Assembly (NCBI GenBank): GCA_036557505.1
Contig: DATBHM010000074.1
Location: 1-53,552, forward strand
Direction of reading: 5' to 3'
Length of the DNA: 53,552 bases
Origin: Actinomycetota bacterium
GTDB taxonomy: Bacteria > Actinomycetota > UBA4738 > JACQTL01
A program made the translations under genes and the position numbers. Below are positions 8,555-17,596 of this stretch, piece after piece (within the stretch, counting starts at the first letter, position 1; each line of letters starts with the position of its first letter). The notes below the pieces were generated by a model. That model saw only the letters and a program-made list of their open reading frames with translations. It made no database searches and was not told where the DNA came from.

Positions 8555-9025
8555 TCAGTCCATCGACGGGCCGAACGGGTCCCACGACACGAACCCGTGA
8601 TCGGCCAGTCGCCGGATGTCGTCGCCGATCCGGACGTACAGCAGCCCACCGCCGGCCAGCCCGATGCCCACGAGGAGCCCCAGCCGCCAGATCTGACCGC
8701 TCATCTGATACAGGATCACGCCCATGATGACCGGCACGACCATGCCGGCGACCCCCATCGCCGACAGCAGCCACGACATCCGGCCCATGGACGGACGCGG
8801 ATCCTGCCGTTCGGCCATCGAGAGCACGCGTTCCGGCTGGAGGAAGTAGGCGTACCACAGGACGAGGCTCCCGAACGCATAGATCAGGAACACCAGCGTC
8901 AGGGTGTTCGGCGTGGACGCGTCCGACGTGCCGGGCGCCGTCAGCAGCCCCATGGCGACCGCCACCGCCGTGAAGCACAGTCCCACCAGATATGCGGTCT
9001 GGCGGTTGTGCAGGGCCTCCTTCAC
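8555..9025 (-). CDS. hypothetical integral membrane protein (about 4 TM)
   Basis: Four hydrophobic segments and high GC3. GTG 9025 is preceded by GGGGAGG with 5-nt spacing. Confidence 0.5.
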   Translation of the reverse strand: MKEALHNRQTAYLVGLCFTAVAVAMGLLTAPGTSDASTPNTLTLVFLIYAFGSLVLWYAYFLQPERVLSMAERQDPRPSMGRMSWLLSAMGVAGMVVPVIMGVILYQMSGQIWRLGLLVGIGLAGGGLLYVRIGDDIRRLADHGFVSWDPFGPSMD

Positions 9026-9139
9026 CGAACCTCCCCGACGCAGCGTTCACCCGGAGTACGTCGCCGGCGTCGCCAGCGGTTCGGCCGGCAACGCGCTGGG
9101 ACCGGGGCGACCACCACATCGGGGGTACGCCCCGCCGGG

Positions 9140-11209
9140 CTACTTGTCCTTCTTCCCCTCGTCGATGATCTTCTGCGCGATGTGCTGGGGGACCTCCTCG
9201 TAGTGGGAGAACTTCATCCCGAACGTCCCCCGGCCGCCCGTCATCGAGCGGAGGTCGATCGAGTACCGCGCGACCTCGGCGAGCGGCACCAGCGCCTTGA
9301 CCCGCTGCCTGCCGGAGCCGGTCTGCTCCATGCCCTGGATCTTGCCGCGCTTGGAGTTCAGGTCGCCCATGATGTCGCCCGTGTAGGACTCGGGCACGAC
9401 GACCTCGAGCTCGACGATGGGCTCGAGCAGCGACACGCCGGCGAGGTTCGCCGCCTCCCGCATGGCGAGGCCCCCCGCGATCTGGAACGCGATGTCCGAC
9501 GAGTCGACCGTGTGGAACTTCCCGTCGTACAGGGTGACCTTGACGTCGACCATGGGATAGCCGGCGGCGACCCCGTCCGTCATCGCCTTGATCACGCCCT
9601 TCTCCACTGAGGGGATGAACTGGTTGGGAATCACGCCGCCGACGATCTTGTCGTCGAACTCGAACCCGCCCCCATGGGGGAGTGGCGCCACCTCGATCCA
9701 GCACACCGCGTACTGGCCGTGGCCGCCCGACTGCTTGACGTGGCGGCCCTGCGCCTTGGCGGTGCCCCGGAGCGTCTCCTTGTACGGGATCCGGGCCGGC
9801 CGATGGGTGACGTCCACGCCCGAGCGCCGCTTCATGCGCTCCAGGACGACGTCGAGGTGCGCTTCGCCCATGCCGTACATCACGGTCTCGTGCGTCTCCT
9901 CGCTCCGTTCGATCCGGAGCGTCGGATCCTCCTCGCGGGCGCGGGCGAGGGCCGTCGAGAGCTTGTCCTCGTCGCCCTTCGTCTTCGGCTCGACGGCGAT
10001 GCCGAGCAGCGGTTCGGGCATCGGGATCGGCGGCAGCACCACCGGGTCGTCCTTCGGGGAGAACGTGTCGCCGGTGTGCGTGTGGCTGAGCTTGGCGACC
10101 GCGCCGATGTCGCCCGCGGGGACCTCGGACACCGTGTCGTGATCCTTCCCCTTCAGCGTGAACAGCTGCCCGATGCGCTCCTCGGTCTTCTTGGTGGCGT
10201 TGTAGACGGCGGAGTCGGGACGGACCCGTCCGGAGAACACCCGGAACATCGAGATGTGGCCCACGAACTGGTCGGACACCGTCTTGAAGACCAGTGCCGT
10301 GAGCGTGCCGTTGGCGTCGGTCGACCGTTCGGCCTCGCCCTTGGGGCCCTCCACCTTGACCGGCGCCCGCTCGAGCGGCGAGGGGAAGACGTCCGCGACG
10401 AACTTCGTCAGCAGGTCGACGCCCACCGGCTTGTCGGCGGATGTCACCAGCACCGGCGCCACCTTGGCGTCGACGAACCCCGCATGGAGCCCCTTCACGA
10501 GCTCGTCGGTGGGGAGCTCGCCGGTCTCGAGGTACTGCTCCAGCAGCGCGTCGTCGGCCTCGGCGATGGCCTCGGTGAGCTTCTCGCGGAGCGGGTCGGC
10601 CTTGGCGTGGAGCTCGTCCGGCCACTCGCCCTCGGTTCCGTTCGGGTCGCTTCCGTATGTGAACGCCTTGCCGCTCAGGAGGTTGGCGACCCCGTGGAAC
10701 TCGTGTTCCTCCCCGATGGGGAACTGCAGCGGCGCCACCTGCGTCCCGAACGACTTCACCAGCTCGTCGAGCGTCCGCTCGAACGACGCGCGCTCGCGGT
10801 CGAGCTTGTTGATGACGATGGCCCGGGGGAGGCCGAGCTCGGCGGCGAGCTCCCAGCCGACCTCGGTCTGGACCTCGACGCCGTCCACCGCGCTGACCAC
10901 GATGATCACCGCGTCCACCGCGCGGACCGCGGAATGCACGTCGCCGACGAAGTCCGCGTATCCAGGGGCGTCGAGCACGTTGATCTTCACCCCGCCGATC
11001 TCGACAGGCGCGAGCGACAGCGAGACGCTGATGCCCTTGCGGACCTCCTCCGGATCGTGGTCCGAGACGGTGTTGCCGTCCTCGACCCGGCCCATCCGCG
11101 TGATGCCGCCGCTGGCGAACAGCATGGCCTCGAGGAGGGTGGTCTTCCCCGCGCCTCCATGGCCGAGGAGGAGGACGTTGCGGATGTTGGACGGCTCGTA
11201 GGTCTTCAT
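9140..11209 (-). CDS. elongation factor G-like GTPase (EF-G2-type paralogue)
   Basis: G1 GHGGAGKTT, G3 DAPGYADF (Tyr where canonical EF-G has the catalytic His), G4 NKLD. Full EF-G domain II-V-like length of 689 aa. Confidence 0.85.
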   Translation of the reverse strand: MKTYEPSNIRNVLLLGHGGAGKTTLLEAMLFASGGITRMGRVEDGNTVSDHDPEEVRKGISVSLSLAPVEIGGVKINVLDAPGYADFVGDVHSAVRAVDAVIIVVSAVDGVEVQTEVGWELAAELGLPRAIVINKLDRERASFERTLDELVKSFGTQVAPLQFPIGEEHEFHGVANLLSGKAFTYGSDPNGTEGEWPDELHAKADPLREKLTEAIAEADDALLEQYLETGELPTDELVKGLHAGFVDAKVAPVLVTSADKPVGVDLLTKFVADVFPSPLERAPVKVEGPKGEAERSTDANGTLTALVFKTVSDQFVGHISMFRVFSGRVRPDSAVYNATKKTEERIGQLFTLKGKDHDTVSEVPAGDIGAVAKLSHTHTGDTFSPKDDPVVLPPIPMPEPLLGIAVEPKTKGDEDKLSTALARAREEDPTLRIERSEETHETVMYGMGEAHLDVVLERMKRRSGVDVTHRPARIPYKETLRGTAKAQGRHVKQSGGHGQYAVCWIEVAPLPHGGGFEFDDKIVGGVIPNQFIPSVEKGVIKAMTDGVAAGYPMVDVKVTLYDGKFHTVDSSDIAFQIAGGLAMREAANLAGVSLLEPIVELEVVVPESYTGDIMGDLNSKRGKIQGMEQTGSGRQRVKALVPLAEVARYSIDLRSMTGGRGTFGMKFSHYEEVPQHIAQKIIDEGKKDK

Positions 11210-11281
11210 GGAGTCCTTCCGCTGTGACTCGAAGGGGCTGGTGTCCGGCGATTCTAGTTGACGGTCAGGTGGGCGACCCCG

Positions 11282-13282
11282 TCAGCCGACCGTGGTCCAG
11301 ACACCGCCCTCGCCCACCGACACCCACCCCGGGCCGGGATCGCCGCCGACCGGGAAGGAGGACGCCTGACCCGAGCTTTCATCGACCCTCCAGATCGTTC
11401 CCTCCGTCGGCGACGCGATCCAGACGGACCCACCGCCGACCGCGATTGCGGACGGCAGCGATCCCACGCGGATCTGCTGCCCCGGACGACCCGAGGACGG
11501 GTCGATGGGAACGACCGTCCCGCTCGCCCGGTCCATGACCCACACGTGCCCGGCGTCGGCCGCGATCCCGTCGACACCTCCGGGCATGTGGATGGTGTCG
11601 ACGTTCGCCGAGTCCCGGTGGACCCGGTACACCACGCCCTGCACGGCGTCGGCCACCCAAACGGAGCCTCCTGCGATGGCGATGCCGCTGGCAGTCGGCA
11701 GGCCCGGGATGGACCTCCCGACCCGGTTCGATCCCGTGTCGATCTGGTGGAGCCCCCCGGTGGACGCCACGGCCCACACCGTCTGGTCGTCGGCGGCGAC
11801 CCCGGCCCCTGCGCGGCCGATCGGGATCGATGCCAGCACCCGGTCGGATCCCGGGTCGATCCGGTACAGCGTGTCGTCGCCGACTCCGAGGATCCCGGCG
11901 ATGGTGAGCACCCAGAGCGAGCTCTGTCCCGCCGCGAACGCCAGCGACTGCACCCCCGTCACCCGGAGGTCGACCGTGTCCTTCACGGCACCGGTTCCGG
12001 GGTCGAGCTTGTCGATCTGTGTGACACCGAATCCGCCCCGGTCGACCCAGAGGGCTCCCTCGGCTGCGATGAACGGCCGAGGAACCTGGGATCCCTCGGG
12101 TCCGGCCATTTGGTTGAACGTTGCCGCGAAGCTCGTCTCCAGGCGTCCGGTGCGTGCGTTCAGCCTCGCCACGCCCTGGAAGTCGGCCGGGAGCGCGCTC
12201 GCGCCCGACGACTGTGTGCCGGAGGGCGCCGGCGACGTCGGCCCCCCGCTCGAGGAACTGGTGGGCCCGGAACCGTGGCCCGGGGCATTGCCGTTCGCCA
12301 GCGCGGCGACGAGCGCTGTCGCGACGACGATGGCGATGACCACGATGCCCGCGCCGAGCAGAAGACGGCGTCGGTGGGGGCGGCCGGGCGACGAGGTGGC
12401 GGTGTGAACGGACGTATTCACTTCCGCGGCAGCAGGTCGCAGGGCGTCGCGACTCGCGGCCGCGAGCTCACCGGAGGAAGAAAAGCGCTCGCCGGGTTCC
12501 TTCGCCATGGCTCGGGCGACCACGGCGTCGATCGCGTCCGGGAGATCCGGTCGCTCATCGGTTGGCGCCTCCGGCCGGTCGTTGAGGTGCGCGAACATCA
12601 CGGCGACCTCGGTCTCCCGCACGAACGGCGGTGCACCGGTCAGGCACTCGTACAGCAGGCAGCCCAATGAGTAGACGTCCGTCCGCCCGTCGACGGCTTC
12701 CGATCGGATCTGCTCGGGAGCGACGTAGTCGATCGTCCCCACGAACTGCCCCGACCTGGTGATTCCGGTACCGGAGAGCGATCGTTTGGTCAGCCCGAAG
12801 TCCGCCAGATAGAGATGACCGACCCTGGCCGGCGGAGTCGCCCGGGACAGCAGGACGTTCGCCGGCTTGACGTCGCGGTGGACCAGGCCCTCCTCATGCG
12901 CGGCGTCCAGCGCCGCCGCCAGCTGGTCGATCACCCGCTGGACGTCCGGAAGGCCCAGCTGCCCGGATTCGGCGAGCACCGTCCGGAGGTCGGAGCCGGG
13001 CACGTAACGCATGGCGATGTACAGCAGGCCGTCGGCCTCGCCGGCGTCGTAGACGGGAATCACGTTCGGATGGTCGAGCCCGGCCGCGATGCGGGACTCC
13101 CTGATGAACCGCTGCCGGAACGCGTCGTTCTCGGCGAGCTCCGGAGCGAGGAGCTTCAGCGCGGCCTTGCGCTCGAGGCCCTCGTGATGGGCGAGGTAGA
13201 CCACGCTCATCCCGCCGCGGCCGATGACCGATTCGATCCGATAGCCGGCCACCACCGTTCCGACGCGGGGATCGCTCGACAT
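11282..13282 (-). CDS. receptor Ser/Thr protein kinase with extracytoplasmic beta-propeller-like repeats
   Basis: Kinase motifs GRGGMSVVY, AALK, HRDVKPAN, DFG, APE. One TM segment (LLLGAGIVVIAIVVATALVAAL). C-terminal ~40-aa repeats of the type G..A.GIA..GGSVWV......V.RID. ATG 13282 chosen. Confidence 0.85.
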   Translation of the reverse strand: MSSDPRVGTVVAGYRIESVIGRGGMSVVYLAHHEGLERKAALKLLAPELAENDAFRQRFIRESRIAAGLDHPNVIPVYDAGEADGLLYIAMRYVPGSDLRTVLAESGQLGLPDVQRVIDQLAAALDAAHEEGLVHRDVKPANVLLSRATPPARVGHLYLADFGLTKRSLSGTGITRSGQFVGTIDYVAPEQIRSEAVDGRTDVYSLGCLLYECLTGAPPFVRETEVAVMFAHLNDRPEAPTDERPDLPDAIDAVVARAMAKEPGERFSSSGELAAASRDALRPAAAEVNTSVHTATSSPGRPHRRRLLLGAGIVVIAIVVATALVAALANGNAPGHGSGPTSSSSGGPTSPAPSGTQSSGASALPADFQGVARLNARTGRLETSFAATFNQMAGPEGSQVPRPFIAAEGALWVDRGGFGVTQIDKLDPGTGAVKDTVDLRVTGVQSLAFAAGQSSLWVLTIAGILGVGDDTLYRIDPGSDRVLASIPIGRAGAGVAADDQTVWAVASTGGLHQIDTGSNRVGRSIPGLPTASGIAIAGGSVWVADAVQGVVYRVHRDSANVDTIHMPGGVDGIAADAGHVWVMDRASGTVVPIDPSSGRPGQQIRVGSLPSAIAVGGGSVWIASPTEGTIWRVDESSGQASSFPVGGDPGPGWVSVGEGGVWTTVG

Positions 13283-13374
13283 GGCTGCGCGTTTGTAGCA
13301 CCTCGGGGAGCGGCCGGACAGCGGCAGAACCGATCCGGAACCTCCGGGACCGGTGCGGTACGCTCCGCCCGGGT

Positions 13375-13926
13375 ATGGCGATCGCACAGGTGCGGGCCCG
13401 GTTCGCGGACCGCTCGGTCCCGGGTTCCGGGCTGACCGAGGCGCTCATCGGGGTGGCCGCCCTGCTGATCGCGGGCGCGACCGCGCTCGTCATCACCGGT
13501 TCGCCGAGGTGGGCCGGCGCGGCCGCGGCGAGCGCCGGCGCGCTGCTCGTGGGAAGCGGCGTCCGGGTGGCCAGGGACCACGCGCCGGTCGACCTGTTCC
13601 TCGACTCCATCACCGATCGCGCGTTCGACGGCTGTCTGCTGTCGGCGATCGCGCTGGTGCTCCGGACCGCCGACCGCATGACGGCGGCGATCGCCGTGAC
13701 GGCGCTCGTGGCGTCGTTCATCGCCGCCTACGAGCGGGCGCGCGGGCGGGCGCTCGGCTACCCGGTCGACGACAGCCTGGCCGCCCGCGGCGCCCGCTAC
13801 GCGCTCGTGGCGCTGGGCCTGCTGGTGCCGGGGTGGCTCCGAGGGACGCTGATCGCGGTGCTGGTGCTCTCATTGCTCGTGGTGGCGGTACGGGCGAGCC
13901 AGGTCGCCAAGCTGGAGCGGGAGTGA
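13375..13926 (+). CDS. CDP-alcohol phosphatidyltransferase-like membrane protein in the PI-synthase (pgsA1) synteny slot; motif incomplete
   Basis: Multi-TM, 183 aa. FLDSITDRAFDG resembles the distal D(x)3D half of the family motif. No DxxDG(x)2AR seen by eye. The stop overlaps the patA-like start. Confidence 0.45.
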   Translation: MAIAQVRARFADRSVPGSGLTEALIGVAALLIAGATALVITGSPRWAGAAAASAGALLVGSGVRVARDHAPVDLFLDSITDRAFDGCLLSAIALVLRTADRMTAAIAVTALVASFIAAYERARGRALGYPVDDSLAARGARYALVALGLLVPGWLRGTLIAVLVLSLLVVAVRASQVAKLERE

Positions 13927-14876
13927 CCGATCTCCCGACGGCGGCGCCCGCCACGGCGGAGTCCGCCCCGCGCCTCACGGCCGGCCAGCGGCTGTCGCTC
14001 TCCCTGTACACGACCATGGAACGCGTGGCCACCACGTGGCCGGAACGCCCGGGCCGGGCGCTGTTCCGGGCCTACGGCGCGCTCGGGTATCGCTTCATGC
14101 CGAAGCTCCGGACCACGGTCGCGCGCAACTACGCCCAGGTCCTGGGGCTGTCGCCGGCTTCCGAGTTGGTCCAGGGGGCCGTCCGCGAGGGGTTCGACCT
14201 GTACGCCCGGTACTGGTACGAGACGTTCGCCGTTCGAAACCGGAGCCGGGAGTGGATGGACGAGCGGTTCCGCGTCGACGGCGCCGAGCACATGCACGAC
14301 GCGATCGGCGCGGGCACCGGCTGCATCGTCGCGCTCCCTCACATGGGGAACTGGGACGCCGCCGGGAAGTGGGTGGCCGGCCACCACAAGATCGTGGCCG
14401 TGGCGGAGGTGCTCCAGCCCCGGCAGATGTACGAGCTGTTCCTCCGGCACCGGCGCGACCTCGGGATGGAGATCGTGCCGCTCACCGAGGACGGCTCGGC
14501 CGGCGTCCAGCTCGCGCAGCTCCTGGCGGACAACTACGTCGTGGCCCTCGTGGCCGACCGCGATCTCGGTGGCCGAGGCGTGGAGTGCGAGATGTTCGGC
14601 CGGATCCGGCGGCTGCCGCCAGGGCCGGCCCTGCTGTCGCTCTCGACGGGGGCACCGCTGCTCTCGTGCCCGACGTACACGACCGACGACGGGTGGCTCT
14701 GCCGGATGAGCGCGCCGCTCCAGATCGAGCGAACCGGCCGGATGCGCGACGACGTGACCGCGTTGACTCGCCTGCTCGCTGCGGACTGGGAACGGGCGAT
14801 CGCCGCGAAGCCCACCGACTGGCACATGTTCCAGCCGGCCTGGGACCCCGCGGCGCCCTCCGCCCTCGCCCCGTGA
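13923..14876 (+). CDS. patA: phosphatidylinositol mannoside acyltransferase (LpxL/HtrB-type lysophospholipid acyltransferase)
   Basis: HX4D motif HMGNWD. Position between the PI-synthase slot and pimA matches Rv2611c. GTGA overlaps at both ends. Confidence 0.75.
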   Translation: MTDLPTAAPATAESAPRLTAGQRLSLSLYTTMERVATTWPERPGRALFRAYGALGYRFMPKLRTTVARNYAQVLGLSPASELVQGAVREGFDLYARYWYETFAVRNRSREWMDERFRVDGAEHMHDAIGAGTGCIVALPHMGNWDAAGKWVAGHHKIVAVAEVLQPRQMYELFLRHRRDLGMEIVPLTEDGSAGVQLAQLLADNYVVALVADRDLGGRGVECEMFGRIRRLPPGPALLSLSTGAPLLSCPTYTTDDGWLCRMSAPLQIERTGRMRDDVTALTRLLAADWERAIAAKPTDWHMFQPAWDPAAPSALAP

Positions 14877-15988
14877 GGATCGTCCAGGCCTGCCCGTACG
14901 CGTGGGACGCGCCCGGCGGCGTCCAGGTCCACGTCCGCCAGCTGGCGGACCACCTCCGCGGGCGCGGCCACGACGTGCTGGTCCTCGCGCCGGCGTTCCG
15001 ACCGGAGGGCGTCCGTGACCCGGGCGTCCGGGTGGCCGGGCGGCCGATCCGCATTCCGTACAACGGGTCGGTGGCGCCGATCTCCCCCCGGCCGTCGACG
15101 CTGCGAGCGGTGGGGGAGGCGCTCGCGGGCTTCGGACCCGATCTGGTGCACGTGCACGAGCCGCTCGCTCCGAGCGTCTCCATGGCGGCGGCACTCCGGG
15201 CCAGGGTCCCGGTGGTGGCGACGTTCCACGCGTTCGCCGAGCGGTCCCGGGTGCTCGATGCGGCTGCGCCGGCCCTCCGCCCGGTGTGGCGCCGGCTCAC
15301 GGTTCGCATCGCGGTCTCCGACGCGGCGGCCTCGTTCGTGTCGCGGCGATTCGGCGACGGCCTCGCCGTCATTCCGAACGGGGCGGACGTCGACCTGTTC
15401 GCGCGGTCGACGCCCGCGGAGGGGCTGCCCACCGGCCGGCGGATCCTGTTCGTCAACCGCCTGGAGCCGCGCAAGGGGTTCCGGGTGGCCGCGGAGGCGT
15501 TCGGCATCCTCGCCGTGGACCGGCCGGACGCGGTCCTGGTCGTGGCCGGCGACGGCGAGGAGCGCGTCGCCGCGAGCGAGCTCCCGGCGGCGGTTCGCGA
15601 GCGGGTGGTGATGCTGGGGAACGTCCCGCACGACGACCTTCCCCCGTACCACGCCGCGTCCGAGGTCTTCGTCGGATCCGCGAGGAGGAACGAGAGCTTC
15701 GGCATCGTCCTCGTCGAGGCCATGGCGGCCGGGCTCCCGGTCGTCGCGAGCGACATCCCCGGCTACCGAGAGGTGGTCCGCGACGGCGTCGAGGGCCTGC
15801 TCGTGCGGCCGTCGGACCCGGTTGCGCTCGCCGCCGCGCTCCGGATGGTGCTGGACGACGCGGAGCTCGCCGCCCGGTTGGGCGGGGCCGGCCGCGCGAG
15901 GGCGGGGACATATTCGTGGGATTCGGTCGCGAGGCGGATCGAGGAACGCTACGCAGCGGCCCTGTCGGCCGGACGCCGGCCCGCCTGA
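14873..15988 (+). CDS. pimA: GT4 glycosyltransferase, phosphatidylinositol alpha-mannosyltransferase
   Basis: MRIVQACPYAWDAPGGVQVHV N-terminus. EX7E motif ESFGIVLVE. Synteny with patA. Confidence 0.8.
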   Translation: MRIVQACPYAWDAPGGVQVHVRQLADHLRGRGHDVLVLAPAFRPEGVRDPGVRVAGRPIRIPYNGSVAPISPRPSTLRAVGEALAGFGPDLVHVHEPLAPSVSMAAALRARVPVVATFHAFAERSRVLDAAAPALRPVWRRLTVRIAVSDAAASFVSRRFGDGLAVIPNGADVDLFARSTPAEGLPTGRRILFVNRLEPRKGFRVAAEAFGILAVDRPDAVLVVAGDGEERVAASELPAAVRERVVMLGNVPHDDLPPYHAASEVFVGSARRNESFGIVLVEAMAAGLPVVASDIPGYREVVRDGVEGLLVRPSDPVALAAALRMVLDDAELAARLGGAGRARAGTYSWDSVARRIEERYAAALSAGRRPA

Positions 15989-16014
15989 ACGCCGGGGTTC
16001 GCTAAGATCGTCAC

Positions 16015-16572
16015 GTGCTCGGCATCTGGCTGATCGTCGCCGCGGTCGTGATCTTCGCGATCTACGTCGTCTACGTCTTCAACAAGCTCGTCCGGACGAA
16101 GAACCGCGTGAACAACGCGTGGTCGCAGATCGACGTCCAGCTGCGCCGACGGTACGACCTGATCCCCAACCTCGTCGAGACCGTGAAGGGGTACGCTGCC
16201 CACGAGCGCGAGCTCTTCGAGGAGGTCACGCAGGCCCGCGCCACCGGCGAGCAGGCCCAGTCGGTGCAGGACCAGGCCAGCGCCGAGAACCAGATCACGT
16301 CGGGGCTCCGCCGGCTGATCGCCGTCGCGGAGAACTACCCGGAGTTGAAGGCGAACCAGAACTTCCTCGCGCTCCAGGAGGAGCTGACGTCCACCGAGTC
16401 GAAGATCGCGTTCGCTCGCCAGTTCTACAACGACCAGGTCACGATCCTGAACAACCTCATCCAGTCGTTCCCGTCGAACATCGTCGCGAAGGTCTTCTCC
16501 TACCAGCCCAGGGAGTTCTTCGAGATCGACGAGACGGCGGCGCGGGGACCAGTGACCACGTCCTTCTCCTAA
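16015..16572 (+). CDS. lemA: LemA-family protein
   Basis: N-terminal TM, then [36 protein letters not shown] and ENYPELKAN, the classic LemA blocks. Confidence 0.85.
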   Translation: MLGIWLIVAAVVIFAIYVVYVFNKLVRTKNRVNNAWSQIDVQLRRRYDLIPNLVETVKGYAAHERELFEEVTQARATGEQAQSVQDQASAENQITSGLRRLIAVAENYPELKANQNFLALQEELTSTESKIAFARQFYNDQVTILNNLIQSFPSNIVAKVFSYQPREFFEIDETAARGPVTTSFS

Positions 16573-16578
16573 CCCCCC

Positions 16579-17487
16579 GTGTACGAACAGATCAGCAGGA
16601 ACAAGCGCAGGACCATCCTGCTCGTGCTGTTCATGATCGTGCTGTTCGTCGGGGTCGGCTGGGCCCTCGCGATCCTGCTCGGCGGATCCGGCATCGTCGG
16701 CCTCGGTATCGCGCTCGTGGTCATGCTGTTCCTGTCGTTCTCCTCCTACCGGTGGGGCGACAAGCTGGTCCTCGCCTCCGCCCGGGCCAAGGAGGTCACG
16801 CCCGAAGAGCAACCTCGTCTGCACAACATCGTCGAGGGAATGGCGATCGCATCGGGCATGCCCAAGCCGCGGGTGTACGTCGTCCCGGAGAACGCGCCGA
16901 ACGCGTTCGCCACCGGCCGAGACCCCGAGCACTCCCACATCGCGGTCACGCAGGGGTTGCTCGGGATGATGAACCGTGTCGAGCTCGAGGGCGTCGTGGC
17001 GCACGAGATGTCCCACATCGTCGACCGGGACATCCTGCTGGGGACGATCGTGGCGACGCTGGTCGGCGTCGTGGTGCTGGTCGCGGAGTTCATGCTCCGG
17101 TGGTTCTGGTGGGGTGGCATCGGCGGCCGTCGGGGCGACGACCGGAACGGGGGAGCGGCGGGCGCGATCTTCGCGATCGTCGGGATCGCGCTGCTCGTTC
17201 TGGCGCCGCTGTTCGCCCAGATCGTGAAGTTCGCCGTGAGCCGGCGACGTGAGTACCTCGCCGACGCCGAGGGGGCGATGCTCACGCGGTACCCGCCCGG
17301 CCTCGCCAGCGCGCTGAAGAAGATCGCGGTGTCTCCGCACGGCATGCGAAGCGCCAACAACGCCACGGCGCACCTCTGGCTCGACCAGCCGTCGCGTGTG
17401 CCCGGCGAGCAGATGGGGTTCATGGAGAAGCTGTTCTCCACGCATCCCCCGATCCAGGACCGCATCCGCATCCTGGAGGAGATGTAG
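16579..17487 (+). CDS. htpX: M48-family zinc metalloprotease HtpX-like
   Basis: HEMSH zinc motif, NAFATG, EYLADAEGA, four TM segments, C-terminal HPPIQDRI. Confidence 0.85.
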   Translation: MYEQISRNKRRTILLVLFMIVLFVGVGWALAILLGGSGIVGLGIALVVMLFLSFSSYRWGDKLVLASARAKEVTPEEQPRLHNIVEGMAIASGMPKPRVYVVPENAPNAFATGRDPEHSHIAVTQGLLGMMNRVELEGVVAHEMSHIVDRDILLGTIVATLVGVVVLVAEFMLRWFWWGGIGGRRGDDRNGGAAGAIFAIVGIALLVLAPLFAQIVKFAVSRRREYLADAEGAMLTRYPPGLASALKKIAVSPHGMRSANNATAHLWLDQPSRVPGEQMGFMEKLFSTHPPIQDRIRILEEM

Positions 17488-17537
17488 CCCCCCCTCGCCG
17501 GGTCGTGGAGAACCGGTGCGTACGCCCGGGGGGTTCG

Positions 17538-17566
17538 TTGAGGAACCCGTGGGCCCTGGGTAGCAT
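17538..17566 (+). promoter_or_regulatory. candidate promoter (-35 TTGAGG, 17-nt spacer, -10 TAGCAT)
   Basis: Hexamers at 17538-17543 and 17561-17566, 30 nt upstream of the DUF3048 gene ATG. Confidence 0.3.
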
Positions 17567-17596
17567 CCAACTGCGCTCCGGCCCGACGAAGACCCG

